Part shown: positions 50,192 to 59,390 of the stretch, one piece after another
Layout: each line of letters opens with the position of its first letter
Position numbering within the stretch: the stretch's first letter is position 1
Assembly (NCBI GenBank): GCA_041910055.1
Contig: JAYRRP010000004.1
Coordinates: 67,804-131,803 of the forward strand
Direction of reading: 5' to 3'
DNA: 64,000 nt
DNA from: Candidatus Saccharimonadales bacterium
GTDB taxonomy: Bacteria > Patescibacteriota > Saccharimonadia > Saccharimonadales > JAYRRP01
Position numbers and translations under genes: made by a program
Notes under the pieces: generated by a model
The model's database searches: none
What the model saw: the letters and a program-made list of their open reading frames with translations, nothing else
What the model was told of the DNA's origin: nothing

Positions 50192-51291
50192 AAAAATCTG
50201 CCGTCCGGCACGCGTCGACCGCTACAGATATCGACCATCAACGACTGGTAAGTTTGATCAATAGTATGGGTGACGCGGTAGTAGCTGTTGATCGCAACTT
50301 GAACATTGTGACTTACAATGGCGCCGCCTTGAACATCCTTGACAGAAACATACTCACCAGCGGCACTCCTTTGCGAGGTGCTCTCAACCTCATAAATAAA
50401 CGCAACCAACGGGTTAATCTGGATCGCCTCATTAAGACGGCTTCCAAAGCAATTTCCAACCGTGACTACCGAATTGTCTACAAAGATAAAAGTACTGCGA
50501 ACGTCTACTTGAGCATTGCCCCTGTGCGGCTAGGTTACGGAAAAGATGCGGACCAGGGTTTTGTGTTGCTTCTAAGGGATATTACCCACGAAAAGTCGTT
50601 AGAAGAAGAACGTAATGAATTTATTAGTGTGGTTAGCCACGAGCTTAGGACACCTCTAGCGATTGCGGAAGGAAATATCAGCAACGCGCAATTTATCGTA
50701 AAGAAGAATCATGGCGGTAAAACAGTAGAAGAAGCCTTGCGACAAACCTATGAGCAAATCCGGTTTTTAGCAGACATGATTAACGATCTATCGACACTTT
50801 CGAGAGCCGAGCGCGGCAAACTGACATTGAACGTTGAACGTATCAATGTCGTAGAACTCTTGCATGATCTCCAACAAAATTATCAGCCAGATGCCAAGCA
50901 GAAAGGATTAGTTTTACATCTAGAAACAGATCCATCCCTGGAATTACTGAATTCAGACCGTTTATATGTGCGCGAAGTACTGCAGAATTTTATTACAAAC
51001 GCGATCAAATACACTGAAAAGGGTAGTATCACTATCTCTGCCAAACCTGGAATGTCAGGAATTACTTTTGCGGTTCGCGACACTGGGCTTGGTATCAGCA
51101 AGGCAGACAGGGAACGAGTATTTGAGAAATTTTTCCGTTCTGAAGACTATCGAATGAAGCAAACGAAGGGCACCGGATTGGGCCTGTATGTCACGATGAA
51201 ATTAGCCCGTTTACTCCGGGCAAGTATAGAATTGGACAGTGAACTCAATAAAGGTTCGGAGTTCCGAATTACTATTCCAGACCTTACTTGA
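50188..51291 (+). CDS. Cytoplasmic PAS-domain sensor histidine kinase
   Basis: PAS region, SHELRTPL H-box, NAIKYT, DTGLGI, GTGLGL. Confidence 0.93.
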   Translation: MKKSAVRHASTATDIDHQRLVSLINSMGDAVVAVDRNLNIVTYNGAALNILDRNILTSGTPLRGALNLINKRNQRVNLDRLIKTASKAISNRDYRIVYKDKSTANVYLSIAPVRLGYGKDADQGFVLLLRDITHEKSLEEERNEFISVVSHELRTPLAIAEGNISNAQFIVKKNHGGKTVEEALRQTYEQIRFLADMINDLSTLSRAERGKLTLNVERINVVELLHDLQQNYQPDAKQKGLVLHLETDPSLELLNSDRLYVREVLQNFITNAIKYTEKGSITISAKPGMSGITFAVRDTGLGISKADRERVFEKFFRSEDYRMKQTKGTGLGLYVTMKLARLLRASIELDSELNKGSEFRITIPDLT

Positions 51292-51364
51292 CGACTTAAT
51301 AAATATTCGGTACTATTGACAGATACAGGCCTACGTAATATAGGTCTTTTTGTTTGGAGAAATA

Positions 51365-51778
51365 ATGGCAAAGAGTACAAAGTCAAAAAAGGCACGGACA
51401 GAGACTGTCCGTCAACGTGCCGGTCAAACTAAACCGGCAGATCAGCCACGACGTCTACGCAAAACGGCGGGAGCAGCCTCGCGCCCATTCCGCGCTATCG
51501 CGAGCTGGCTTGTCCACTTGCTACGTCCTTTTCGTTTTCTACTCTGGCCATTTAAGACTAAACCGGCACGCTTTATAGGCCGCATTCTTGCCTCCATATT
51601 TTTCTTAAGGTATTTTCGTGATTCATGGCGTGAACTACGACAGGTCACTTGGCCAAACCGAAAGGAAACCTGGCAACTGACTTTCGCTGTATTTATATTT
51701 GCTATTGTCTTCGGCCTCATCATATCAATTACGGATTATGGATTAGATAAAGTATTTAAACGGGTATTACTACGATAA
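51365..51778 (+). CDS. secE: Preprotein translocase subunit SecE
   Basis: ELRQVTWPNRKE plus C-terminal TM; directly before nusG. Confidence 0.93.
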   Translation: MAKSTKSKKARTETVRQRAGQTKPADQPRRLRKTAGAASRPFRAIASWLVHLLRPFRFLLWPFKTKPARFIGRILASIFFLRYFRDSWRELRQVTWPNRKETWQLTFAVFIFAIVFGLIISITDYGLDKVFKRVLLR

Positions 51779-52320
51779 TGAGCAAGCGATACGACACAAC
51801 AAAGCAATGGTATGCCATTCATACCTATAGTGGTTATGAAGAAAAGGTAGCTGAGAGTATTCGCCAGCGCGCTGAAAGTCTGGAAATGAAAGACAAGATT
51901 TTTCAGGTGTTGGTTCCTAAGGAAAAGATGATCGAGATAAAAAACGGCAAACGCAAAGTTGTTGAAAAACGAATTTTCCAAGGATACGTATTGGTACAAA
52001 TGAAACTCAGTGAAGATGCGTGGTATATCGTGCGCAACACGCCAAGTGTGACAGGGTTTGTGGGTAGCGGCACTGAACCGACACCCATTAGTCAGGACGA
52101 GATGGAAAAAATTAACAAGCGCATGGGTCTTGAGCAACCCAAGCACAAGATTGATTATCGTGAAGGCGAAGTGGTTAACATTATTGACGGTCCTTTCAAG
52201 GGCTTTGATGGCACAATTAACGAAATCGATCCCGCGAAAGGTAAGCTTAAGGTGCTGGTGAATATGTTTGGCCGCGAAACCCCAGTTGAGCTCGATAGTT
52301 TACAGGTCAAGCGAGTATAG
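51778..52320 (+). CDS. nusG: Transcription factor NusG
   Basis: WYAIHTYSGYE, VRNTPSVTGFVG, MFGRETPVEL. Confidence 0.98.
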   Translation: MSKRYDTTKQWYAIHTYSGYEEKVAESIRQRAESLEMKDKIFQVLVPKEKMIEIKNGKRKVVEKRIFQGYVLVQMKLSEDAWYIVRNTPSVTGFVGSGTEPTPISQDEMEKINKRMGLEQPKHKIDYREGEVVNIIDGPFKGFDGTINEIDPAKGKLKVLVNMFGRETPVELDSLQVKRV

Positions 52321-52382
52321 ACGAGCTTGCATATTCATAGTAAAATAAGTTTTTAAAATACAGGTAAGGAACGGGGTCATTC

Positions 52383-52823
52383 ATGGCGACTAAAAAGCAA
52401 GTTAAGGCAAATCTTAAGATGAAAATTCGCGGCGGACAAGCCAGCGCCGCTCCTCCTGTAGGTAGCACACTTGGTCAATATGGAGTCAATATGATGGACT
52501 TTATTAACCCCTTTAATGAACAGACCAAACCACTGCAGGGCAAGATGGTCACAGCACACATTACCATTTACGACGACCGCAGTATGAGTTTTCGAGTTGT
52601 GGGAGAACCAACTGATGATCTAATCCGTGCCAAACTTGGTATTGATAAGGGGTCAGGCAAGCCCAACAGCGAGAAAATCAACAAGAAACTTTCAAATAAG
52701 GACCTGCAGGATATTGCTGAGGCGAAGGCCAATGACATGAACACCGATGATGTCGACGCAGTCAAAAAGATGGTAGCGGGCACAGCCCGAAGTATGGGTG
52801 TGGAGATTGAGACAAATGGATGA
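52383..52823 (+). CDS. rplK: 50S ribosomal protein L11
   Basis: APPVGSTLGQYGVN, GTARSMGV. Confidence 0.97.
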   Translation: MATKKQVKANLKMKIRGGQASAAPPVGSTLGQYGVNMMDFINPFNEQTKPLQGKMVTAHITIYDDRSMSFRVVGEPTDDLIRAKLGIDKGSGKPNSEKINKKLSNKDLQDIAEAKANDMNTDDVDAVKKMVAGTARSMGVEIETNG

Positions 52824-53068
52824 CAGTGGAACGAATTACGCCTGCATCAACAGAGTGTGAAGTCACACAGATTGTTGAAGATATGGGATATGCTAGCGTT
52901 GAACTAGAGAATCTGACAGAGGCCCTAATAAGTGGAGATGTTCCGCGTACCCCAATGCTGGAAGAAGCAATTGGAAACCTGACTTCTGAAGTTTGTCGAT
53001 TATACATACGCTATTTCAACAATCGTGAAGCTGATTGTCCTATAATTATTGAGTCCAGTGAGTTATAA
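52820..53068 (+). CDS. Hypothetical acidic protein between rplK and rplA
   Basis: 82-aa ORF with ATGA overlap on the rplK stop. Confidence 0.55.
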   Translation: MTVERITPASTECEVTQIVEDMGYASVELENLTEALISGDVPRTPMLEEAIGNLTSEVCRLYIRYFNNREADCPIIIESSEL

Positions 53069-53080
53069 ATAATTAATTTT

Positions 53081-53113
53081 GTGGGAGGCCGTCGTAAAAG
53101 CCGCTTGCACCAC
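53081..53113 (+). promoter_or_regulatory. L1-binding autoregulatory leader
   Basis: GTGGGAG...GCC...CACCAC L1-site pattern just upstream of the rplA RBS. Confidence 0.65.
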
Positions 53114-53127
53114 GAAAGGAGCACATA

Positions 53128-54072
53128 ATGGCAAAAGAAGCCACCAAAAAGAAAACAAAAAAAGAAGAAGTAGCAGCTGAAAAAACTACCGTCGCAAAAA
53201 AAACTAACACGGAGCAGGTAAAGCCCGAAGCCAAACCAGCGGCCAAAGCTGGCAAACGCAGTATTAAGGCGTTAAAAGAAGTTGAAGAAAAACAGGCCAA
53301 AGAGACTAGGAAAGTCGCCGCCAAGGAAGCGGAGGCAGACAAGAAAACAAAGTCGGTCCAAAAACCTACACGCTCACGACTTGAACGCCGTGGGAAAAAA
53401 TATCGCGAAGCTGCCAAGCTGATTGATCCCAAGAAAGAATACGAATTGGCAGAAGCTTTAAAAATTATTGGCAAAACCAGTCCTGCGAAATTTGATGCCA
53501 GCGTTGAGTTGCACATTCGGTTAAATGTGGATCCACGTCAAGCTGATCAAAACGTACGAGACAGCGTTGTATTGCCAGCCGGAAGCGGGAAAGACGTAAA
53601 GATCGCCGTGGTAGCAGATGATTCACAAACCGATGCAGCGAAAGCAGCAGGAGCTGATATTATTGGCAATGATAAGATTTTTGCCCTGCTTGATAAAGAA
53701 ACTATTACCTTTGATATCCTTATCAGCACACCAGTCAATATGGCCAAACTTGGCAAATATGCCAAGTTGTTAGGGCCACGCGGACTTATGCCAAACCCAA
53801 AAAGTGGCACGGTGACCAATGATATTGAGAAGGCAATAACAGAAGCAAAGGCAGGCAAAGTTGAATATCGCGTTGACAGCAGTGGCATTTTACATATCCA
53901 TGTTGGCAAAGCTAGTTTTACGCCAGCTAAGCTTCAGCAGAACATAGAATCAGTATTTTCAAGTGTCAAGCAAGCAAAGCCCACTTCAGTGAAAGGAACT
54001 TTCATCCACTCCATACACTTAACTACCACTATGGGGCCAAGTCTGAAGATTTCAGCAAATACCGTATTGTAA
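53128..54072 (+). CDS. rplA: 50S ribosomal protein L1 with long Lys/Glu/Ala N-terminal extension
   Basis: KFDASVE, LGPRGLMPNPKSGTV, TTTMGPS. Confidence 0.98.
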   Translation: MAKEATKKKTKKEEVAAEKTTVAKKTNTEQVKPEAKPAAKAGKRSIKALKEVEEKQAKETRKVAAKEAEADKKTKSVQKPTRSRLERRGKKYREAAKLIDPKKEYELAEALKIIGKTSPAKFDASVELHIRLNVDPRQADQNVRDSVVLPAGSGKDVKIAVVADDSQTDAAKAAGADIIGNDKIFALLDKETITFDILISTPVNMAKLGKYAKLLGPRGLMPNPKSGTVTNDIEKAITEAKAGKVEYRVDSSGILHIHVGKASFTPAKLQQNIESVFSSVKQAKPTSVKGTFIHSIHLTTTMGPSLKISANTVL

Positions 54073-54081
54073 TATATCAAT

Positions 54082-54726
54082 ATGGTCAAACGACAAAAGG
54101 GACAAGTGGTTGCTTTTGATGGTCCAGACGGCGTCGGGAAAACAACCCAGATTCAGCGCGCCACCCAATTCCTGCAAAAGCAAGGCTTCCGGGTATTAAC
54201 CACCCGTGCATCTGGCGGTACCCCAATTGGCGAAGCCTTACGCACCGTCTCACTCAGTCCAATTGAACGCCCAGCCGAGACTGACCTTTACATTTCACTG
54301 GCAATGCACACAGCACTTGGTAAAGAATTGACCAGGTTACGCAGTCAATTTGACTTCATTCTCATTGACCGAAGTCCACTAGCTATTATTGCCTACAATG
54401 TGTACGGCAGCGAAATGGAAAAGCAGACCAAGGGCCTGACAGCGTGCCGACAGATGCTCCAACTATGGAAATTAGATGCATTGCTTCTCCTAGAAGCACC
54501 AGTTTCAATATTAGATGCACGGCGCCAACACCGGGCTGGAAAAATAGATTATTTTGAACAAAAAGGTAAGGCTTACCGTCAACGAGTCAGAAAAGGTTAC
54601 CAGGTAGCTACTGACTTGGCAGAAAAAATCCGGCCAAAAGTCAAACTTATAAAAATTGAAGCTAGTCCCTCTATTGACCAAATTGAAGACCAAATCATCG
54701 CTCGATTGTTGTCACTCATACACTAG
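54082..54726 (+). CDS. tmk: Thymidylate kinase (divergent standalone copy)
   Basis: FDGPDGVGKTTQ P-loop, GGTPIGEALR, IDR. Confidence 0.85.
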   Translation: MVKRQKGQVVAFDGPDGVGKTTQIQRATQFLQKQGFRVLTTRASGGTPIGEALRTVSLSPIERPAETDLYISLAMHTALGKELTRLRSQFDFILIDRSPLAIIAYNVYGSEMEKQTKGLTACRQMLQLWKLDALLLLEAPVSILDARRQHRAGKIDYFEQKGKAYRQRVRKGYQVATDLAEKIRPKVKLIKIEASPSIDQIEDQIIARLLSLIH

Positions 54727-54729
54727 TAA

Positions 54730-54758
54730 TTGCACCTGGGGAAGGGAATCCGTACAAT
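54730..54758 (+). promoter_or_regulatory. Promoter for dcd
   Basis: TTGCAC-17 bp-TACAAT; GAGGAG RBS downstream. Confidence 0.65.
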
Positions 54759-54777
54759 AGGTAACGAGAGGAGTGCT

Positions 54778-55491
54778 GTGGGAGTTTATAGCAATATCCA
54801 GATTCGGCGGGCTATTGATGAAGGACATATTATCTGCACGCCTTTTGATGAGCGACATGTATCGCATGCCAGCCTTGATGTCACCCTAGGCTATTACTAT
54901 TACCGAACTGACCGGCTCAGTGACCAGACAATCTACAACCCGTTCGACGAGGCAGAAGTAAATGAATACTTCGACGGCCCTCTTAGGGCATTGAATTATA
55001 AAGATTGGGCTGCCCAAAACCAGGTTGCCCAGCTTAAAGGCATACCCCCTAATCATCCAATTATTCCGCTTCGGCCCGGTGAACGTATATTGGCTCATAC
55101 CCATGAATTTTTTGGCATTAAACCACCGGGGGCTTATGAGGTAAAATCACGCTCCAGCTGGGGACGCAACGGAATTGCCGTTTGCTTTGATGCCGGCTGG
55201 GTAGACCCAGGTTATATTAATCGGCTCACGCTGGAAATTTTTAACCTCAACCAACACCGTGTCGTTCTTCTACCCGTTGGTGAACGTATTGCCCAAGCAG
55301 TTTTTTATGAGACTGGTGAAGTGGAGGGGAGCTACGGAGAAGGTCGTCACGGCGGCTTTAGCGGTAAGTACCAAAGTGGAACTGACTTATCGGAGCTCAT
55401 CAAAAGCTGGCAACCATCGATGATGTTACCTCGCGCCTATAAAGACAAACGCACACTGCCCAAGAAAGTGAAGGGTCTACGAAGTGACTAA
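54778..55491 (+). CDS. dcd: dCTP deaminase (GTG start)
   Basis: ASLDVTLG, RSSWGRNG, AGWVDPGY, TLEI, RIAQ. Confidence 0.9.
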   Translation: MGVYSNIQIRRAIDEGHIICTPFDERHVSHASLDVTLGYYYYRTDRLSDQTIYNPFDEAEVNEYFDGPLRALNYKDWAAQNQVAQLKGIPPNHPIIPLRPGERILAHTHEFFGIKPPGAYEVKSRSSWGRNGIAVCFDAGWVDPGYINRLTLEIFNLNQHRVVLLPVGERIAQAVFYETGEVEGSYGEGRHGGFSGKYQSGTDLSELIKSWQPSMMLPRAYKDKRTLPKKVKGLRSD

Positions 55492-55533
55492 CCGATTCTT
55501 TCGCCACGCGATAGCAGGGTGGAGGAAACCGGT

Positions 55534-57915
55534 ATGAACACTGAACCAGGAACTTTTTTCGTTATTGAGGGGACAGATGGCTCCGGCAAAGGTACACAGT
55601 TTAAGCTACTGGCAGAGAGGCTACAAACCGCTGGTTATGATATTGCCACCTTTGACTTCCCCCAGTACGAGAAACCGTCTAGTTATTTCATCAAACAGTA
55701 TTTGAATGGCGTCTACGGTAGCAGTCAGGAAGTGGGACCTTATACTGCTTCACTTTTCTACGCACTTGATCGCTATGAAGCTTCGACAGGTATCCGTCAG
55801 GCGCTTAAGCAAGGCAAGATAGTCCTCTGCAATCGCTTTACTGGCTCAAATATGGCTCATCAAGGCACTAAATTTAATCATCCCGAAGAACGGCGGGGAT
55901 TCTATATATGGCTCGATAATCTCGAATTCCAACTGCTACGCGTGCCACGTCCGACCAAGAATATTGTGCTGCGCATCGATGCAAATTATGCCCAACAACT
56001 TGTCGACCAGAAAGAAACCCGTTCCTATACTGATAAAAAACGCGATCTTCATGAAGCTGACCTTAACCACTTGCAACGCTCAATTGAAGTCTATGATGAA
56101 CTCTGTGAGCTGTTCCCTAAAGATTTCCAACGATTAGACTGCATACGCGATAATCGTCTGCTTGAAATCGAAACAGTACACGAGCTACTCTGGAAAACTA
56201 TCCAACCATTTTTGCCCCCCCAACCTCAATTGACAACTGCAAAAAGCCAAATAGTCACCAAAGAGAAACCGGTCTCACACCGTCCTTTAGTTGAACATAA
56301 GAAAAATGGGGCTTACCAGATCACCGATGAAGGAAAACATTATTTACGTGACGTGGTTACTAATACCGACGAAAGCACCTATGCTTTCACTGACAAACTT
56401 AGCCAAGTCACCATTGCTGCCGCTATGGCTCGTTTATCACGTCGTGGCGACGATATGCGTGTCACAATTTTGGATGAATTCGCTGAGAGCGCACATAAAG
56501 ATGAGCAGCTACTCAAGCGAGTTATCACTGCATATGGAGATGACTCTGTCCAGCAGCTAGCTGGGCAGCATATTGTGGTTGAAAACGCGTCGAACTTGCT
56601 AACCAAAAAGCTTGAATGGGGCCGGCTGGCTTCATATCTTGAACAATCAACTCGTTATATATTTTTTGATCAAAAAAATGCCCTAGGGAACTATCGTTAC
56701 TTCATTCCACCTGAGTTCAGCAAGAAACATCGTCAGGTCTATTTAAGCGCAATGGATTTCATATTTGACACCTACTCAACTTTAGTGAGACAACTCACTG
56801 ATTACGTGCGCCAGCATTCAACTGTCCCTAAAAAAGAGCAGGACGTAGCTTGGAAAGGAGCTACTCGTGCCCAGGCATGTGACGCTGCTCGAGGCGTGCT
56901 GCCTGTCGCCACCACCTCGACCGTAGGAATCTACGCTTCCGGCCAGGCACTAGAGAGCTTAATAATGCATTTGCTGGCTGACGAGCTGCCAGAAGCCCGT
57001 AAAATTGGGAACGATATATTGCATGAATCGCGTAAAGTTCTCCCGGTCTTTTTAGAACGTGCCGATAAACCCGAGCGAGGTGGTGCGGCGATTGCCTTTA
57101 AAGCCGAAACGACGAAGAATACCCGTAATCTGGCAGCCAATATGTTGCCCGATAGCTATAGTTCTTCTGACCAACCCATCACTTTAACTGACTGGTGGCC
57201 AAAGAACGAGTTGGATCTTGTCGCTGATATGTTGTATGAACATTCCCAGCTTTCATTAGAAGAAATCAGGCAAGTGGTAACCGGATGGAAATATGATGCC
57301 AAAGCAAAAGTAATACAAACATACATTGGGGACAGGCTCAACCGTCGACATAAGCCTGGACGCGCCCTGGAAAAAGCTCACTATAGCTGGGATATTCTCT
57401 GTGACTATGGCATATTTCGTGACCTGCAGCGCCACCGCATAGTGGATGACATGGAATGGCAAAAACTTACTCCCCGCTACGGCTATGAAATTCCCTCGCT
57501 TGTTGATGAAGCAGGCCTCAGCGAGCTTTACGAGCAATGTTTTGATAAAAGCCTCGAGCTTTATAGCTACTTACAGACAAATGGGTTTGATTTAGCCTCT
57601 CAGTACGCGGTTCTATTGGGTCACCGTATGCGCTGGAAAGTGACCTACAATGCACGCGAAGCCTTCCATTTGCACGAGCTTAGGACCTCTCCACAGGGAC
57701 ACCCTGGCTACCGAAAACTCGTCAAACAAATGCACGAGAAACTATGCGAAGTCCACCCTCTTATTGGTGAAGGTATGAAATTTGTCAATAAAGATGAGGA
57801 TCCTGAACTAACCAGATTGGCAGCCGAACGCTATACCCAATTCAAGCTCACTCAGATGGATACTGCGCCAACCTCTGTAAAACCAGCTGTTGACAAAAGT
57901 GATCCTCAAGAGTAA
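55534..57915 (+). CDS. thyX: Thymidylate kinase fused to tandem-domain FAD-dependent thymidylate synthase ThyX
   Basis: N-terminal IEGTDGSGKGTQ, FPQY, ALDR; C-terminal EQSTRY, DAARGVLP, RDLQRHR, ELRT. Confidence 0.9.
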   Translation: MNTEPGTFFVIEGTDGSGKGTQFKLLAERLQTAGYDIATFDFPQYEKPSSYFIKQYLNGVYGSSQEVGPYTASLFYALDRYEASTGIRQALKQGKIVLCNRFTGSNMAHQGTKFNHPEERRGFYIWLDNLEFQLLRVPRPTKNIVLRIDANYAQQLVDQKETRSYTDKKRDLHEADLNHLQRSIEVYDELCELFPKDFQRLDCIRDNRLLEIETVHELLWKTIQPFLPPQPQLTTAKSQIVTKEKPVSHRPLVEHKKNGAYQITDEGKHYLRDVVTNTDESTYAFTDKLSQVTIAAAMARLSRRGDDMRVTILDEFAESAHKDEQLLKRVITAYGDDSVQQLAGQHIVVENASNLLTKKLEWGRLASYLEQSTRYIFFDQKNALGNYRYFIPPEFSKKHRQVYLSAMDFIFDTYSTLVRQLTDYVRQHSTVPKKEQDVAWKGATRAQACDAARGVLPVATTSTVGIYASGQALESLIMHLLADELPEARKIGNDILHESRKVLPVFLERADKPERGGAAIAFKAETTKNTRNLAANMLPDSYSSSDQPITLTDWWPKNELDLVADMLYEHSQLSLEEIRQVVTGWKYDAKAKVIQTYIGDRLNRRHKPGRALEKAHYSWDILCDYGIFRDLQRHRIVDDMEWQKLTPRYGYEIPSLVDEAGLSELYEQCFDKSLELYSYLQTNGFDLASQYAVLLGHRMRWKVTYNAREAFHLHELRTSPQGHPGYRKLVKQMHEKLCEVHPLIGEGMKFVNKDEDPELTRLAAERYTQFKLTQMDTAPTSVKPAVDKSDPQE

Positions 57916-57918
57916 AAT
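57890..57918 (+). promoter_or_regulatory. Promoter of the second leader-peptide unit
   Basis: TTGACA-17 bp-TAAAAT overlapping the thyX stop. Confidence 0.75.
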
Positions 57919-57928
57919 CCGTCTCGAT

Positions 57929-57988
57929 ATGACAAATAAGGTGGTCATGCTCAACCTCTTTATTATTAGCTCACAGGAGCTTGGTTGA
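57929..57988 (+). CDS. Putative attenuator leader peptide MTNKVVMLNLFIISSQELG (alternative start 57947)
   Basis: 19-aa ORF; its 3' end pairs 11 bp with the terminator 5' arm. Confidence 0.65.
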   Translation: MTNKVVMLNLFIISSQELG

Positions 57989-58014
57989 GTATTTTCACTT
58001 TAAAAAGTAAAACC

Positions 58015-58038
58015 AGGCTCCACCAGGAGCCTTTTTTT
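58015..58038 (+). terminator. Attenuator terminator hairpin
   Basis: AGGCTCC-ACCA-GGAGCCT-TTTTTT. Confidence 0.85.
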
Positions 58039-58054
58039 ATGAAGGAACATCCAT

Positions 58055-59275
58055 ATGTACGAACAAACCAAATCCCAAGAATTAGCAGCTAACCGGTCGT
58101 TTCAGATAGAAATAAACGACCACTACACGCTGAACGAAATAGTTGCAATTCACGGAGCTCAAGAAACCTCAATACAAAGAACACCTCACACAGGCAACAT
58201 CAACCTTTCTCATATTTTGCATTTTGAGTTAGGATTACCAGCGGTACTTTACGATCGCAACAAAGGAAAACTGGATGGCACTTTTCATCCACACATGGTA
58301 GTGAACCAGAATGGTGCAGAACAGATAAGTGCTGACGATGTTTTAATGACCCATGCACGCATTGATACCCCTCACAATCTTTCCGAGGACCATAGTGATT
58401 TATTCCCGTTAGGCAGCAAAGTTGCCGACGCACACACACAAGCAATCCGTCGTATTTTTCCTGATGTGAATATTTCACAGTACTCCGAATATTTATCTGA
58501 AAACAACCAGTTTGTGAACGATATCTTACAGGTTGTTTCACGACATTATGAGGGTGACCTATGGAAACGTTGGGTGGAACCTGACGGTAATACAAAAACT
58601 ATGCGGCCAGAAACCAATACTGACGCAGCCACCCAAATCTACGGTGTTAACGATGAGGAGAAAGGCTGGATAATTGCAAACCAGATTAATGTGCTTCTAA
58701 TGGCGGCTGTCGAAGCCAAGAAATACGGTACTGATCGGGTATATCATGTCTCTGGTCCTGACATGTATCGCTATATTGACGACATGAAAGGAGAGTTAGA
58801 TTACTTATACTCCACTGTACGAGAAAAATTACCTCAACATCAACTACCGAGACGGTTAGAGTTTGTAGTAGTACCAATGGCAAATATTCGTTTCGTAACC
58901 CACGAGCAAAAGAGTAACGCAACTGAAGAATTGGTAAGTATGTGGCCAGTTTACAAAACCATGCTACAGGAAAAGAAAGATTTTTTCATAGATCTACGTA
59001 GTAGTGACAAAGAAAAGGAAGAGAAAGCAGAGGAAACTAAAAATTATATTCGGGATCGAGAGCGGCCCGTCTTGGACGCAATTCAGGCACAATGCAAAAC
59101 CTGCCCAGAACTCTTTTTTGATACCTCCCAAAAAAGCCATCTTACACAATACGACTTACTCAACGGCTATGGTCACAATTTAAAGATACCGAAAACGCTT
59201 CTAGACATGCCTATTAAAGAAATAAATGAGATGTATAAAGCGTATGAAAAAATAAGCTCTATCAATCTCAAATAG
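58055..59275 (+). CDS. Uncharacterised 406-aa protein, possible HUP/class I aminoacyl-tRNA-synthetase-like fold
   Basis: AAGGA RBS; ETSIQRTPHTGN (HIGH-like) and HVSGPDMYRY motifs; fold is inferred only. Confidence 0.7.
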   Translation: MYEQTKSQELAANRSFQIEINDHYTLNEIVAIHGAQETSIQRTPHTGNINLSHILHFELGLPAVLYDRNKGKLDGTFHPHMVVNQNGAEQISADDVLMTHARIDTPHNLSEDHSDLFPLGSKVADAHTQAIRRIFPDVNISQYSEYLSENNQFVNDILQVVSRHYEGDLWKRWVEPDGNTKTMRPETNTDAATQIYGVNDEEKGWIIANQINVLLMAAVEAKKYGTDRVYHVSGPDMYRYIDDMKGELDYLYSTVREKLPQHQLPRRLEFVVVPMANIRFVTHEQKSNATEELVSMWPVYKTMLQEKKDFFIDLRSSDKEKEEKAEETKNYIRDRERPVLDAIQAQCKTCPELFFDTSQKSHLTQYDLLNGYGHNLKIPKTLLDMPIKEINEMYKAYEKISSINLK

Positions 59276-59301
59276 CTCCTCAAATACGAATCGTACCCAC
59301 A

Positions 59302-59330
59302 TTGACGTAAGGAGAAATGAGTAGTATGAT
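59302..59330 (+). promoter_or_regulatory. Promoter for rplJ-rplL
   Basis: TTGACG-17 bp-TATGAT. Confidence 0.75.
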
Positions 59331-59340
59331 ATTTATAGTT

Positions 59341-59390
59341 GCCAAAGACAGTGACGTCCTGAATAAGGATTAAGAATGTCACCGAGGTAG
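59341..59390 (+). promoter_or_regulatory. L10 leader (L10-L12 autoregulatory RNA) core
   Basis: CCAAAGACAG...TTAA...CCGAGGT pattern with GTGAC/GTCAC and TCCT/AGGA stems upstream of rplJ. Confidence 0.75.

Noticed and set aside
51327-51351. Hairpin AGGCCTA/TAGGTCT plus T run before secE as a third attenuator
   Set aside because: No leader ORF or alternative pairing found; probably a plain terminator or 5' stabilising hairpin
52800-52823. Shared C-terminal IETNG between L11 and the 55-aa ORF at 36364
   Set aside because: Only about 10 nt of similarity, both arising from overlap with a downstream ATG; likely coincidence
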